Source: Callorhinchus milii (taxonomy: Eukaryota). Taken from it: DNA of 64,000 bases. Shown here piece by piece: positions 28,601-40,480 of the stretch. Under the pieces are notes generated by a model, which did no database searches, was not told the DNA's origin, and was given only the letters and a program-made list of their open reading frames with translations. Positions within the stretch are counted from its first letter, which is position 1. Each line of letters starts with the position of its first letter. The DNA lies in assembly GCF_018977255.1 (NCBI RefSeq), contig NW_024704742.1, positions 122,886,001 to 122,950,000 of the forward strand, written 5' to 3'. The translations under genes and the position numbers were made by a program.

Positions 28601-31600
28601 ATAAATCAGTGCCTTCCATCAAGTAAAAATAGACAAACACATAGAACATGTCAAATTGAAAATAAATCCACTTAGATTATTTTGTTTGTTGCTGAACTGC
28701 AATCAGTAATCCTAACAAAAGGTGATTATAAACTAAAATCAGGAGAAAAAATACACAGTATTTTAAGAGCATAATATCTAGGCCTCAAGTATCAATATCG
28801 AAGTGTCAAAATTGGGATATCCTCGATGAATAACCCAGTTATGAAGTCAGCCTATCTTAACCAAACACTTGCCAGAGCATGGAAGGCAAACAGACCAGCT
28901 GCATGCAAGGCAGTGAAAGAGGTTGGCACTGCAATCATATTATAACTAAACTTGAGCTCTAATGAAGCAGGTTATAAAAAGGCTTGTAACAATGTATTGT
29001 ACGGTTTTAATGTTTTGAGCAAAAAAAATTAACAACTTCCGGTACTGACATCATTTCCTGCGTAGTACCCCTGCGCATTGTGCATAAGCAGTGGCTCTGA
29101 CAATACCATCTATACATGCATGGGAACTGTACATCCATGTCGATCTTACGACCCAGAGCTTAGCAAATAAAATGGCTCTGTGCTAAATTTGTAGAAAGTA
29201 CTGGAAACACTTATCCAGTTATTCAAGGTCAATATCTATTCATTTTAAAGAACATCACTTCAAGTAATCCAACATTGGAGAGGGGGACTCCACTTAACAG
29301 ACTATAGCTTCGAACCCCAAGCTGAACCACAAGTTTGATCAAGGTCACATTTAACAGACAAGTTTTGGTTGCTGTGCATGGAGAAGTGTGGGAGAGTGTT
29401 CCCAGTGTGAGAGTACATCATGAGTCAGTCATTCGGCAAATATTGTTAGCAGAAGTTATGGAGATGCATTTAGCTCAGAATTTTCTACGTTCACTTCCCA
29501 AGGCTAAAAGGGAAATGGAAATTTAAAACACGTGATACAAATGTGGTAATAAAGTTACTAATAACCCAAATTAAACTAGGATAGTTAATGCCTATTTAGG
29601 TAGTGCTTCAATTTACCTTTCCTGATGGAGCAGTGGGCTTGGGAACCAATCCCTTATATACACTGCCTGTTCCATTCTTCATGGGGTGGGTGTGAGATGC
29701 CCCTGTCAGAGGGTATCCAGATAGTATAGGTTCTTCTTTGAGTACTTTCTTAATGACCAGCATTTTGGATGTTCTAGATTTTGGATTTGGAGGATTTTCT
29801 GCATTAAAAATTGGAAAAAAAGTTAGTAAAACTTTATCTGTCCAGACCGAGGGAAATCACCTGTGTTACTGACAACTGGTGCTCAAATTATGATTGCAAA
29901 CATTTAATGCAAGTGGAAGACACTTTATTTCACCCTTAATCTGGAATTTATTGAGCTGGGAGCAAAAACTCAGGAGCAGAAACTCAAGAGTCCAGGACAT
30001 TCTCAGGGTCTCCAACCGGCCGCTGGGTGTCGACTCGCAGATGCTCAATTAAAACTATGAAGAATGAGCGACAGTTACAAGAAGCTTGCACTTACACAGC
30101 GCCCTCCACGCAGGGCAGCGTCTCAGAGTGCTTAACAATGGCGGAGCCTGACTCTGAGCCAGTGGGGGTGGGGGAGGGGGGTCCATAAGCACGGTCGAAA
30201 AGCAAGGTTTTAAGGCGAGAATTGAAAAAGGGGAGAGAGGGGCAAGGCGGGGGGATTTGTGGGAGAGTGTTCCAAAGTTTTGGCGCATAGTGGCTGAAAG
30301 CACGACCCTCAATGGTGGAGGGGAGGGCACGAGGGACAAGCAGGAGGCCAGTGCCAGTCGAGCAGAGGCGCCGGGTGGTACATTGGGGAGTAAGGAGGTT
30401 GGAGAGGTAAGGAGGTGCCAGGGAGTGAAGTGATTTATCACAGTTTAAACAATAAAATTTACATTTTTATTTTGAGATGCCTGAAATACTTAGTGCATCG
30501 GGCTTCATTTTCATTTGGCCTAAATAACTACGCAGGTTTATCGCTCCTTCCTCTTGTCTTTTTGATGGTGTGAGAAAGCACCACCTAGCACTAATTGATT
30601 GATTGGAGAGTCGTGGCTTTGGCTGACATCTCTAAACCGAAGTCCTGCCTAGCTGTTCAAGTCGATTTTAAGGATCCCATTTCACTATTCAGAAAGAGCA
30701 GGCAGTTTCACCTGATGTTCTAGCCAGCAATCCCTGATAAAATTGGTCTTTTACTTCATAACTATTTGTGGAACATTGCTGTGCACAAATTGGCTGCCGC
30801 GTTCATCTACAAAATAGACAATGACTATACTTTATAGTATACCTTTAAGTGCTTTGAAATGTCTATCAACATTAAATGTGCTATATTAAATGCAAGAATT
30901 ATAGCTAATTTATTATGTAGCAAATTAACTCACTTACTACTAGCTGAGCAGAACTGTGTTGCTCTGTGTTCAGTTAATTATAGCATGTTTTGTGACGCAG
31001 TTGTTTATAATGGAATATTGCATTAACCACACCGTTCAACAAAGTGAGTAAAAATTACTGGCTTACAGAATAGCACGCTGTCTGTAGAAATCCTGAGATT
31101 CATTAGTACATTTACAGCTGAAACCTTTATATACCAATATACATCCACCTAAAAAAATTACACTTTACAGTAATCCTGCTAAGAGATATCCTCCTGGCAT
31201 GAAAGGTTCTGTATCAAATGCAAAGATTATGTTATCTTTGTAGAATATAATTAGAGAGCGACTCACCCCACACTCCTGCAATAGATTTGCTCTGGCTAAG
31301 TTCTTTTTTGGACTCGGGATTAAGTGATGGCTACAAAGAAAAAGAAAATTAAATATTAGAAGTCTACTGACAGAAAACATTTTAACTAGTCTTAAAGATT
31401 AGAATTCACATTACTAAATGTATTTATATTAAACCATTCTTGAAAAAATCTGTTTAAATCATAGCACTGTCAAACATTGCGTTCCTCCCACAAAATCTAC
31501 AGTCGATTCACTGCAGTATATCATCAAATGTAAGGATTACTGATATTAAATTATGCTCTCTATTTTAATGTTCTAATTCAACATTCCTCTAAGTATTTGC

Positions 31601-34600
31601 TTTGTTTAAAACAACCGATAACCAAAAGGTTTAAGGAGATTACTTGAATCAACCAAAACCTCCACTTGACCATACTCTAATCTACTAAAATTATAGTACT
31701 TTTCCACAGAAACAACTTTATTTTCATAAACTAAATAGAGAGCAAAAAGTATTGTCGCTTACTGCAGAGATCATCTTCCTCATTTTCCTGCATGCAGTTT
31801 CCAGTTCCATATACAAATGGAATATTTAAACTTTGTCAACCAATAGGTGAAAAACACCAGGACACTGCTTCTAAGACCTTTTAAGTGTCACACAAGGCCA
31901 TCTTTGTTAGGTGCTATTTTGCTCCCTGTTCAATATACATCCATACTAAGCCTCATGTTAGGTCTGTGATCAAAGGGACCGACCGATAGAAAGATCAAAT
32001 GGAAATTAAAGGATGCAAAACAGATGGAAACTATTGGGATGTTTTAAGATGCATCTGATCAGAAAGAGAACTGAGAGGAGGTGGAATGAAACTTTCCATG
32101 TAGAAGCTTAATTGCATTCAAAGATTGAGGAAATCACACTTAGAATAGCCAATCATTCTTACTCATTCAGATACCTTTACAAACAAATTAATTAAACAAA
32201 ACTGATGTGTAAAACAGATCTGGACAAGTCTGACCCACACATTATGGCCAGTTTGAAGCACAGATGTGTCTTACTGTTGTGGAAGTAAGGAAACAACATC
32301 ATAGGTTCACTACTTAAAACTCCAAAATCACTGGTAAAGCAGGCAAATCGAAAATAGGCTCAGGGTGATATAATTGGAGGAAGAGGAATATTTGGGACGC
32401 TACCCTGCGTTAGGGGCGCTATATAAATGCTAGTTGTTGTTATCTGCCCCACAAAGCCAACTATGGCATAAAGCCTTAAAAGGACAATTCCCCTAAATGT
32501 TTTTCCGCTTTATTAGATGGTAACTCAGTCAATTTTATTTGGAAGTTGAACAGCAAGTAAAGAAATACCATTAGAACTTTAAAAAGGCTCAAATCTCAGA
32601 TTTAAATGTTAACCTACAAAATCCTCTGCTTCAAACTGCTTAGGCTCCTCCTTTTCGTCCTTTTTTCCATTCTCTTCCTCAGTTATGTTATTCTCATGTA
32701 CCACTGGGGCTTTTCGTCCATTAAATGTGCCACTTCGGGGTCGAGGATTCCCTCCATGGTAGCCACTGCGTGGATTGACAGTTTCTGTGCTGCGTCCATG
32801 CGATCGCCAACCATTCTTCTCTTTTCTACCAAAGTGCCCTGCAATAAAACAGTTTTTTCCCATAGTTTGGATATACTACAGTGAAAGTGATAAAGCAACA
32901 GGAATGTAGGGGAGGTGAGGTGGGAAGGCTCGGGGAGGGATGCAAACACCTTCTCAGAAAATGATGTTTCTCTCTCCATGCCACAAGAAGCTGCTACAGA
33001 GCTTATGCGTCAGGTCGCTGTTAAAATCCACTTGTACGATATGCCACAACAGATTTGCCATGAAATATATATGGAGATGACATCTCAGTGCATTTAATCA
33101 TTAAAACTATCTTTGAAAACTTTGATAACTAAAGAATGCTTAAACGCAAGCAACCAGTACATTCATTTTGTTTGACCAATGGATAAATATGACTTTTAAT
33201 GGGCCTCAAAATATTTTGTGCTATGGACATATTCATACTAAAGCCCTCGTAAAGTGCTTTGAAATGTTTTCCTATGTGAAAGGAACTATACAAGTATAAA
33301 TTGTTCTGGCAATAAACAGAAAACAAACAGAATTAATGCAGATTGATGGAAGTTAATATTCTCTGGTACTAAAGTACTTAATAATATAAAAACAGTCCTA
33401 TTAAAAAAAATTGGTAATTGATTTGTCTGTCAAACATCTTAACATTTTATAAGCTAAACATTAAATTTCTTTTAAGAACCTGACATCAAATCTCTTCCCA
33501 TTCTCAATCATTCTCACCTACCCAATCTCCTACACACCTTATTCTCCAGCCATATTTTCTACTGCTTTGATTTTGGTCTATGGCTCAGTCCCCTCATCCC
33601 ACCATTGGTGGCCCAGTCTTTAGTCACTGCATCCCTGCTCACTCCCCCTTTGCTTGGTTTCCTCGTTTCTAACTTCAAAACCTTGTGATCAAAATCCTTA
33701 ATTCTCCCTATCATGTACGTAAGCACTTGGAGATATTCATTCTACATTAAATATTCTTTTAATTGCACGGTTCTTTACAGGGTTTGTTTAAAAAAATCTC
33801 TAAATATTTTGACTAAAGTGAAATGTCACACAGAGCAGGAATTGTTATGTACACAGATCCACAGCATCAAAGTCTAAGGAAGTGATACATGGTTTACATA
33901 ACTATGGTAACCATACTTAATAATTTTAAACAAAAAAAGCAAAAACAGCAAATAAATTTTACTTAAGAAACAGAGTTGTAAAATTAAATATCTGATCAGC
34001 AATACCTGCTGATCAGCTGAACAGAGTAACGCAGGATGTAAATATACTCATTTGCTTTTTGCCCATTTGCTGTAGATCTAAATACCCTTAACTATATTAA
34101 AAAGTTGTTTCACTTTTTAATGAGGTTTGTTAGTAATTGGCTTCTAGAATGAGCGTGTGACTATAAAAATTAGTTACCTCATAATATGCACCAAGATTTA
34201 AAAAATGAGAGCAATACAGTGGAGCCCAGTTATAATGCAATAGTTGAGATCCATAAAATCCCAACCAGCACTATAACAGGGCGTGTTCGCTGAACAGAGG
34301 TTCTACATTCACTGCCTGCGCACACACAAAGATCAAATGCCAACTGGCACGGGAAAGCCCAAATCACCGGTTTCCAGGGCATTGGGTTGCTACAGTCACT
34401 TCTTGCTCACTGCGTATGCCCAGGACATCAGCGGCAACCTCATAAACGAGAACTTGAACACGGTGGTTTCCCACCCAGCCGGCGTTTCATCTTTCTGCAC
34501 TCATGTGACGAGGTAGCAATGGAGTGGGCCTGTGCACTTTGGATATTTCAGGGGAGTTATCACCAAGCTCCAAATCCCAAATGGGTAGTAAGTGAACCTG

Positions 34601-37600
34601 CCTTTTAATGAAGCACTCTATAACGGGGTTCCACTGTATTTAGCAAAGCTTAACACTACAGCAGTTCACACTTTTTCACATGCTACCTCTAAACATGCTT
34701 TTAAATTTCTCACCACATATACTAGTTGAATTAACACACCTCCACCAGAACGTCCACCAGCAGAATCAAAGTTATCGGAGGAGTTGTGCCGTCTGCGATT
34801 CACATCATAACGATTCTCTAGTCGGACAAAGGTTTCAGGATTCTTTTCAACGTTTACGGACTGCTGCAAGTTTAAAACAAAGAGATAAATACCAACAAAT
34901 AAAATTCAATCAAATGTAGCCCATTCTTTGCTGAATTTTTGATACAAATATCATCTTAAATCGTTTGAGATCATTAAACAAAAGCATGTTTAATTTCAAG
35001 AACGCTACAATTAATCATAATAGATGACAATTAACAAGTAATAAACCAGTATTCAAGTATTTTTTTAAACTAAGAGACTGAAGTACAAGTGGTTAACGAA
35101 CTGACAAAGCTGCATGGATTTAAATTGCTGCCTTAAACTCACAGCAGAAATATCAAGTAATCCCTCCACCTCTTCAATTTAAATAAACTCAGTGCATAGC
35201 TCAGTGAAGGCGAAGAGCAATAATGAGTTACTACAAAATTAAACAATGATGCAAGGCTAGATTCTCTCAACTCTCCAATCACAATCTACAGGGCCACCCC
35301 ATTTTTTCTCCATAAATTAAACAACAACAAAATTACATTTGTATAGTGCCCTTCATGTCAGGAGGATGTCCCAAGGCGTTTGACAGTTAGTGTTTCGGAC
35401 CCGAGCTGGGGGGGCGGGGGGGGGTCGGGTTTGGAGAGGGTGATCGAAAACACAGTCAAACAGGAGGGTCTTGAGATGGGTCTTGAAGGAGGAGCGAGGC
35501 GTGAGGGACGGCGGAATGGAGTTCCAGAGGGTGGGGGCAGAGTGGCAGAAGGCCCGCCCGCCAATGGGGGTGCGGGTGAGGCAGGGGACATCAAGCAGAC
35601 TGGAGCCCGCTGAGCGGAGGGAGCAGGCAGGACGGTAGGGGTTTATTGGGTCGGAGAGATAGTGGGGAGCAAGACCATGGGGTCTTTGAAGGTGAGGAGA
35701 AGGATCTTGAACTGTATCCTCTGTGTGATGGGAAGTCAGTGGAGTCTGGCGAGGATGGGGGTGATAGGGTCACAGAGTCTGGTGCGGAAGAGGACACAGG
35801 CTGCAGAGTTCTGGATGATCTGCAGCCTATGGAGAGAGGAGTTGGGAGGCCGACAAGCAAGGAGTTTGCATAGTCAAGCTTCGATGTTATGAAAGCATGT
35901 ATGAGGGTTTTGCGGCCTGCGGAGTGAGACAATGCCAGAGCCGGGCGATGTTGAGGGGGTGGGGGAAGGCAGAGCAGGTCATGGCGCAGATGTGGGGTAG
36001 AAAGGATAGTTGAGGGTCAAAGAAGAACCCAAGGTTCCGGACTGGCTTAGCAAGGTGGGGTGTGCAACCATGGATGGTGATGCTGTCAGCGCCTGAGGTG
36101 TGAAGGCGCTGACGGGAGCCAATCAGGAGAGCCTCGGTCTTGTTGACTTTCAACTGAAGAAAGTTAGCTTTCATCCAGGACTTGATGTCTGACAGACATT
36201 CTGTCAGCACAGCAGTGGTCCTGGAGTCAAGGGTGGAGGCAGAGAGGTAGAGTTGGGTGTCATCCGCGTACATGTGGAAGTTGACCCCATGTCTGCAGAT
36301 GATGTCATCAAGAGGGAGCATAGATAGTGAAAAGGAGGGTATCAAGGACAGAGCCCTGAGGAACGCCGCATGAGACGGTGTGGAGGAAGTGTGAGAGGTA
36401 CGATCTGAACCATTCAAGAACAGAACCATGAAGGTTGAGGTGAGAGGAGAGGTGATGGATGAGGATAGAGTGGTCTACGGTGTCGAAGGCAGCAGAGAGG
36501 TCAAGGAGGACGAGGAGGCAGATGGAGCCCTGGTCGCAGATGGACAGAATGTCATTTGTCACTTTGACCAGGGCTGTTTCTGTGCTGTGGGCAGCACGGA
36601 AACCCGATTGGAGGGGTTTGTGAAGGGAGTGGCGGGAGAGGAAGGAGCAAAGCTGGGAAGCAACAACTCATTCCTGGACCTTGAAAGAGAGGTTGGAGAT
36701 GGGGCGGTAGTTCGAGAGCAGTTTGGGTTCAGGGAGGGTTTTTTAAGGAATGATGACAGACGCTTTTAAAGGGGTGGGAACGGTACCAGTGGACAGGGAG
36801 AGGTTTATGATGTCTGTGAGTAGAGGGGCAAGGAGGTGGAGCTGGGAGGTAAGGAGAGGGGTAGGGATGGGGTTGAGGGAACAGGTGATCGGATTCATGC
36901 GGGTTATAATGGAGCCTGGGGAAGAGGAGCCTGGGGTTGTCCTTGGTCTTGGGAGTAGAATAACGATTTAGCAGAGGTGATTTTTTGAGGTGATTTTTGA
37001 AGGTCAGCAGCTCGCACCTGTACTTTAAGGGAGCGGAGGTAGCTGGTGTACCATAGTGACTTTCGTGAGTAGGAGATGGTTCGGGAAGTGAGAGGAGCAA
37101 GGGAATCAAGAGTGGTAGAGAGGGAGCTGTGGAGAAGAGTGACCAAGGAGGATAGGTCATTGTGGGAGGAAGCCCAAACAAAGGTTTCATGGCTAGATTA
37201 TTATACTTCCTTTTTGCAGCACATTGCTGTGTTTTGCCAATATAAATTAGGACTGAATAGTACAATGCAAAAGTGAAGCTGCAACAGAATAGGTGCATGA
37301 CCAATAGTCTCCGAGCCCAGAGTTAGGGAAGGGAAAATAAACCAACCATTCTGCAACACAGCTGTTCACTGCCCTGCAGAGGTGTGCATGTGTAGACAGG
37401 GTGAAGGGTGGGAGGGGGGGGCTCTACTTAGAGAGACAAGGGAAATAGGAGAAACCAGATTGAGTTTGGCTGTGATTCTCCCCAAAGTCAAATTGCCTGC
37501 TAGGATACTGATAAATCTCATACAAGAAACATGGCAACAAACTGGTATCATAGGCAGCCCGTCCCCCAGTTGGTGAAAAAGGAAACAAAACATTTGGTTG

Positions 37601-40082
37601 GGAGAAGAAAGGAAGGCGACTGACACTGAGGGAAAATTAGTAAGACAAAAAGAGATAGTAATGACAGAGAATGAAATGCACATGAAGAGTCACTTATTTA
37701 TTCATAAGAAAATATTAAGTTATTTGGTAACATGCAATCTATTCAATTTTGAAACCATTGCAGTAGTAGCTGCAGGGCATTTGACATTTTAAAAATGCAG
37801 TGAGGCTTAAGTTTCCAGATGAGTTCAGTTTGAAGATTTGGAAAGAGAAAATTCCACAGCTTTATTTCCTTTTATGAGTGAAGGGGATTGAAAACGTGTC
37901 TCATATTTTTGTGTGTAAACCCTATACTTCGTTATGATTCACAAGCATGTATTGAAAGTGGTTTCCTCATAACATTTGCATGCTTTCATATAATGGCTAT
38001 GATATCTGACAAACAAAATTCAAAGTTACACACCAGAACAAGGCCACAATAATGATAGCTTATGTATAGAAACTTGGAAACCAAAAAAGGAAAGTGGTTT
38101 GATGGATGAAGTCAGTGAGGGAAAGGTGAAACCTGAAAGATGTTCCAGGAAAGCAGTCAAAAAATACATAATAAAATGCTAAGGTAGAAAACCTTAGACC
38201 ACAAGTACAAGAACAGCAGGACACTGGTAAATCTGCACCAGGGCTGGAAGGAAAACAAAGCTAATGGTCAAAGGAACAGAATGGTTCGGTTTCAAAGATA
38301 GTATTGCCTGGCATTATACATTTATGAGGCAAAATGAGTTATTGGTTTGGGTTCCTACTACACTACAATTTCACCAAAGCTTCCACTGAACTAGGGTCCA
38401 AGATGTAAAAGGTTACTACTTATAATATGCTTAATAGCAACAAATTAATAAACTCGGTATGTATGCTTAATAATGTATAATACCCATGGAATGAAAGACC
38501 AATTTTATTTGGGGGATTATTGGCCAGGGCACTCAGTGAAACTCCTTTCTCTTTTGGAATAATGCCACAGGATCTTTCAACCTCCACTTGAACAGGCACA
38601 GACAAGGTTCTTGGTTTAAGTTTCATCTGAGGGATGGCACCTCTGACAATGCAACACACCACAGCATTACAATGGAGTGTCAGCATAGATTATATGGGTT
38701 CCAAATCCTAAAATGGGGCTTGAACCCACAACCTTCTGACTCAGAGGCAGCAGAGCTGGAAATTACAGCTACCGGCATCAAATTCAACCAAGTTTTCAAG
38801 ATGGAGATTTATCATGTGTGGGATGACTACATGCATGAAGATCTACATACTTATAACAACTTGCAATCATATAGCACCTCTATTTAAGGCATCAGGAATT
38901 AGGAAGAGAGTTTCAGAGGGCAAGGGTATAATCACTGAAAACTTAGCTGCTGATGGTGAGGGTAAAGGGGAGAGAAACACACACCAGATCCGAATTTGCT
39001 GGATCCATTGCAACAATAATTTCCACTTATATAGAACCTTTCACACATAGTAGCATCTTGAAGTGCTGAACATTGGTATAGTTTGACACCGAGCCTGGGA
39101 CAAACAGTACCATAGGCACAGTCAACAAAGAAAATCTTCAGGTGTGATCTGAAGACAGGGAAAGAGGGGCAAGACAGAGACCTTGAGGTAGAGTTTCAGA
39201 GTTCAGGCCTTGTGGCTGAAGGCACAGCCAGTGATGGTGGATCAGAGAGGGTTGAGGGAGGTACAGAAGGTCCGAACTGGCCGAACAAGGGAATTGGGTC
39301 GGTGGGCTGTGAGCCGAGTGGAGAAGTAGAGATGTGTAGGGAGCTACCGCTTTGTGATGCCAAAATGAGGTACCTCATTGCTGCTTTTAATGGGCACTTC
39401 ATCAGTCAGTCAGAAAATAATTCAGAACTGCTAAAAATTCATTAGCCATTTTAATATTCTTCTATAATATTATATAATAATTCTTACATTTGATATAGTG
39501 CCTTATCAAAGCGCTTCACAGAATATACTGTAAAGTGAATTGACCGTATACTCTGTGGGCGAAATGCAGCAGCCAATTGCGTACAGCAGTGACCTACAAA
39601 CCATCGTCGATTAAAATACCAAATTATTTATTTATTTTGGGGGGGGTTATTACCCCTGGAAAAGTGATCCGCCAATCGACTAACAACCGGGTTCCTACTT
39701 ACTGCTAGGTAAACAGAGACACGTGGAGTAAGAAAACTTTTTGCCCTGCCCAGGAATCGAACCTGGGTTCTCTCTCTTGCAAGGCGAGTGCTCAAAGCTA
39801 TAACCTACAGGACTCTGTAATCCCACATTACAAAATTCTCCACTAATGTGCACTAAAACTATGGTAAAATGTCGCAAAAACAGTTCTGAACATTTTCCTA
39901 AGCTTACGTCAACTCTTTTGTACCACTTACTGCACAAAAATATTACGTACAACAAAATAAATAAAAAACATATTCAACCTTCAAACAGAAGTGTAAAAAT
40001 GACAAATGTTTTACAATACCTTGGTTGATGAAGGTGGAGTTGGAAAATTAAGCCAGGCTGGAGCAAAGTCATGCTGCGCCAT
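13536..40082 (-). CDS. GPBP1: GC-rich promoter binding protein 1 (vasculin), spliced CDS of 10 coding exons, 462 aa
   Basis: Joined exons 40082-40020, 34863-34740, 32838-32618, 31330-31267, 29798-29617, 27111-26992, 25701-25534, 23091-22904, 17555-17453 and 13691-13536 total 1389 nt in one open frame, with GT-AG introns and matching phases. The peptide matches vasculin as I recall it: [102 protein letters not shown]. These fit GPBP1 rather than GPBP1L1. Confidence 0.96.
13791..14090 (-). mobile_element. SINE, long form, head degraded
   Basis: Tail, Deu core and central segment visible. Confidence 0.8.
16195..16548 (+). mobile_element. SINE, long form with extra central segment
   Basis: tRNA head + TTTACCTATCAGTAAGTAGGAACCC... 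segment + Deu core + tail. Confidence 0.85.
17453..17555 (-). CDS. GPBP1: GPBP1 coding exon 9 ([34 protein letters not shown])
   Basis: 103 nt; acceptor tacttctag; donor CAG|gtaaca. Confidence 0.96.
17780..18845 (+). mobile_element. Decayed CR1 LINE, 3' part of ORF2
   Basis: Fragments [40 protein letters not shown]; frameshifts and stops. Confidence 0.9.
20751..21062 (-). mobile_element. Same SINE, short body
   Basis: tRNA head, Deu core and tail all visible. Confidence 0.9.
21132..21526. mobile_element. Degenerate pogo/Tigger-like MITE
   Basis: Termini CAGTCAAAT...ATTTGACTG and internal repeated TATTCAGCAAC motifs; the TA TSD is not intact. Confidence 0.55.
22904..23091 (-). CDS. GPBP1: GPBP1 coding exon 8 ([10 protein letters not shown]...[10 protein letters not shown])
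   Basis: 188 nt; acceptor gtccacag; donor AG|gtatgt. Confidence 0.95.
23255..23425 (+). mobile_element. 5'-truncated SINE (Deu core + tail)
   Basis: Matches the 3' half of the SINE. Similar remnants at about 310-480, 2553-2672 and 5683-5830, all minus strand. Confidence 0.8.
23645..25160 (+). mobile_element. Decayed CR1 LINE (RT C-terminus + 3'UTR) with nested insertions
   Basis: [37 protein letters not shown]; ends in ATTCTATG repeats. Confidence 0.92.
23979..24282 (+). mobile_element. Same SINE, short form, inserted into a CR1 element
   Basis: Interrupts otherwise contiguous CR1 sequence. Confidence 0.9.
25534..25701 (-). CDS. GPBP1: GPBP1 coding exon 7 ([11 protein letters not shown]...[21 protein letters not shown]...KEK)
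   Basis: 168 nt; acceptor aaaatag; donor AAG|gtaact. Confidence 0.94.
26992..27111 (-). CDS. GPBP1: GPBP1 coding exon 6 ([12 protein letters not shown]...[11 protein letters not shown])
   Basis: 120 nt; acceptor cttctttag; donor GAG|gtataa. Confidence 0.92.
27200..28520 (+). mobile_element. Decayed L2 LINE ORF2
   Basis: [56 protein letters not shown]; frameshifted, and the GVPQG-YADD segment is deleted. Confidence 0.92.
29617..29798 (-). CDS. GPBP1: GPBP1 coding exon 5 ([18 protein letters not shown]...[16 protein letters not shown])
   Basis: 182 nt; acceptor ttaatgcag; donor AAG|gtaaat. Confidence 0.94.
31267..31330 (-). CDS. GPBP1: GPBP1 coding exon 4 ([21 protein letters not shown])
   Basis: 64 nt; acceptor ttctttgtag; donor GGG|gtgagt. 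Confidence 0.94.
32618..32838 (-). CDS. GPBP1: GPBP1 coding exon 3 ([16 protein letters not shown]...KQFEAEDF)
   Basis: 221 nt; acceptor ttattgcag; donor TTT|gtaggt. Confidence 0.95.
34217..34636. mobile_element. Tc1/mariner-pogo (Tigger-like) MITE
   Basis: TIRs CAGTGGAGCCCAGTTATA / TATAACGGGGTTCCACTG with TA on both flanks. Confidence 0.8.
34740..34863 (-). CDS. GPBP1: GPBP1 coding exon 2 ([41 protein letters not shown])
   Basis: 124 nt; acceptor cttgcag (tandem CAGCAG); donor GAG|gtgtgt. Confidence 0.94.
35320..37180 (-). mobile_element. Decayed L2 LINE ORF2 + 3' tail
   Basis: [44 protein letters not shown]; (TTG)n tail at about 35320. Confidence 0.93.
39472..39815 (-). mobile_element. 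SINE, long form
   Basis: Same modules as 16195-16548, reverse orientation. Confidence 0.85.
40020..40082 (-). CDS. GPBP1: GPBP1 coding exon 1 ([21 protein letters not shown]); whole exon 40138-40020 includes 56 nt of 5'UTR
   Basis: Acceptor tttttgcag before 40138, ATG at 40082, donor AAG|gtattg. Confidence 0.96.
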
Positions 40083-40310
40083 TTAGGTCCTATGTCTCAG
40101 AGTTTTAAAACAAGGTATCAATACCTCATGGCGAGTCCCTGCAAAAATGAAAATATGCTGTTAGGATACATTCAGTTTTGTGCAAATCACTAAACAAGGT
40201 AATTATATGACACAGTCATCCCTTCCTACAACAAATATTTATTCCCTCTTGTTTACAGTGATTAATAACCAACCACAAAAGAGATTGCAATTTAAAGTTT
40301 ACAAACATAC

Positions 40311-40480
40311 CTTTCTTCAGAAAAGGGAGCAATTCCACAGGATGTACTTTCCGGGAATACCACCACAAGACTCTGCTTCCTTTTCATTTCAGCACAAAGT
40401 GAGGCTCATTCAAAGGAACATTTTCCATTTTAAGCACACCAGCATTTATTGCTGTATATACCCAGTGAAAGGTTGGAAAA
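40311..40480 (-). other. Candidate 170-nt alternative 5'UTR exon of GPBP1
   Basis: Acceptor ttcctacag before 40480 and donor AAG|gtatgt after 40311, 172 nt upstream of the ATG exon. Support is from splice signals only. Confidence 0.4.

Noticed and set aside
13692..40019. Intronic snoRNAs in GPBP1
   Set aside because: No convincing C/D or H/ACA box pair with terminal stems was seen by eye.
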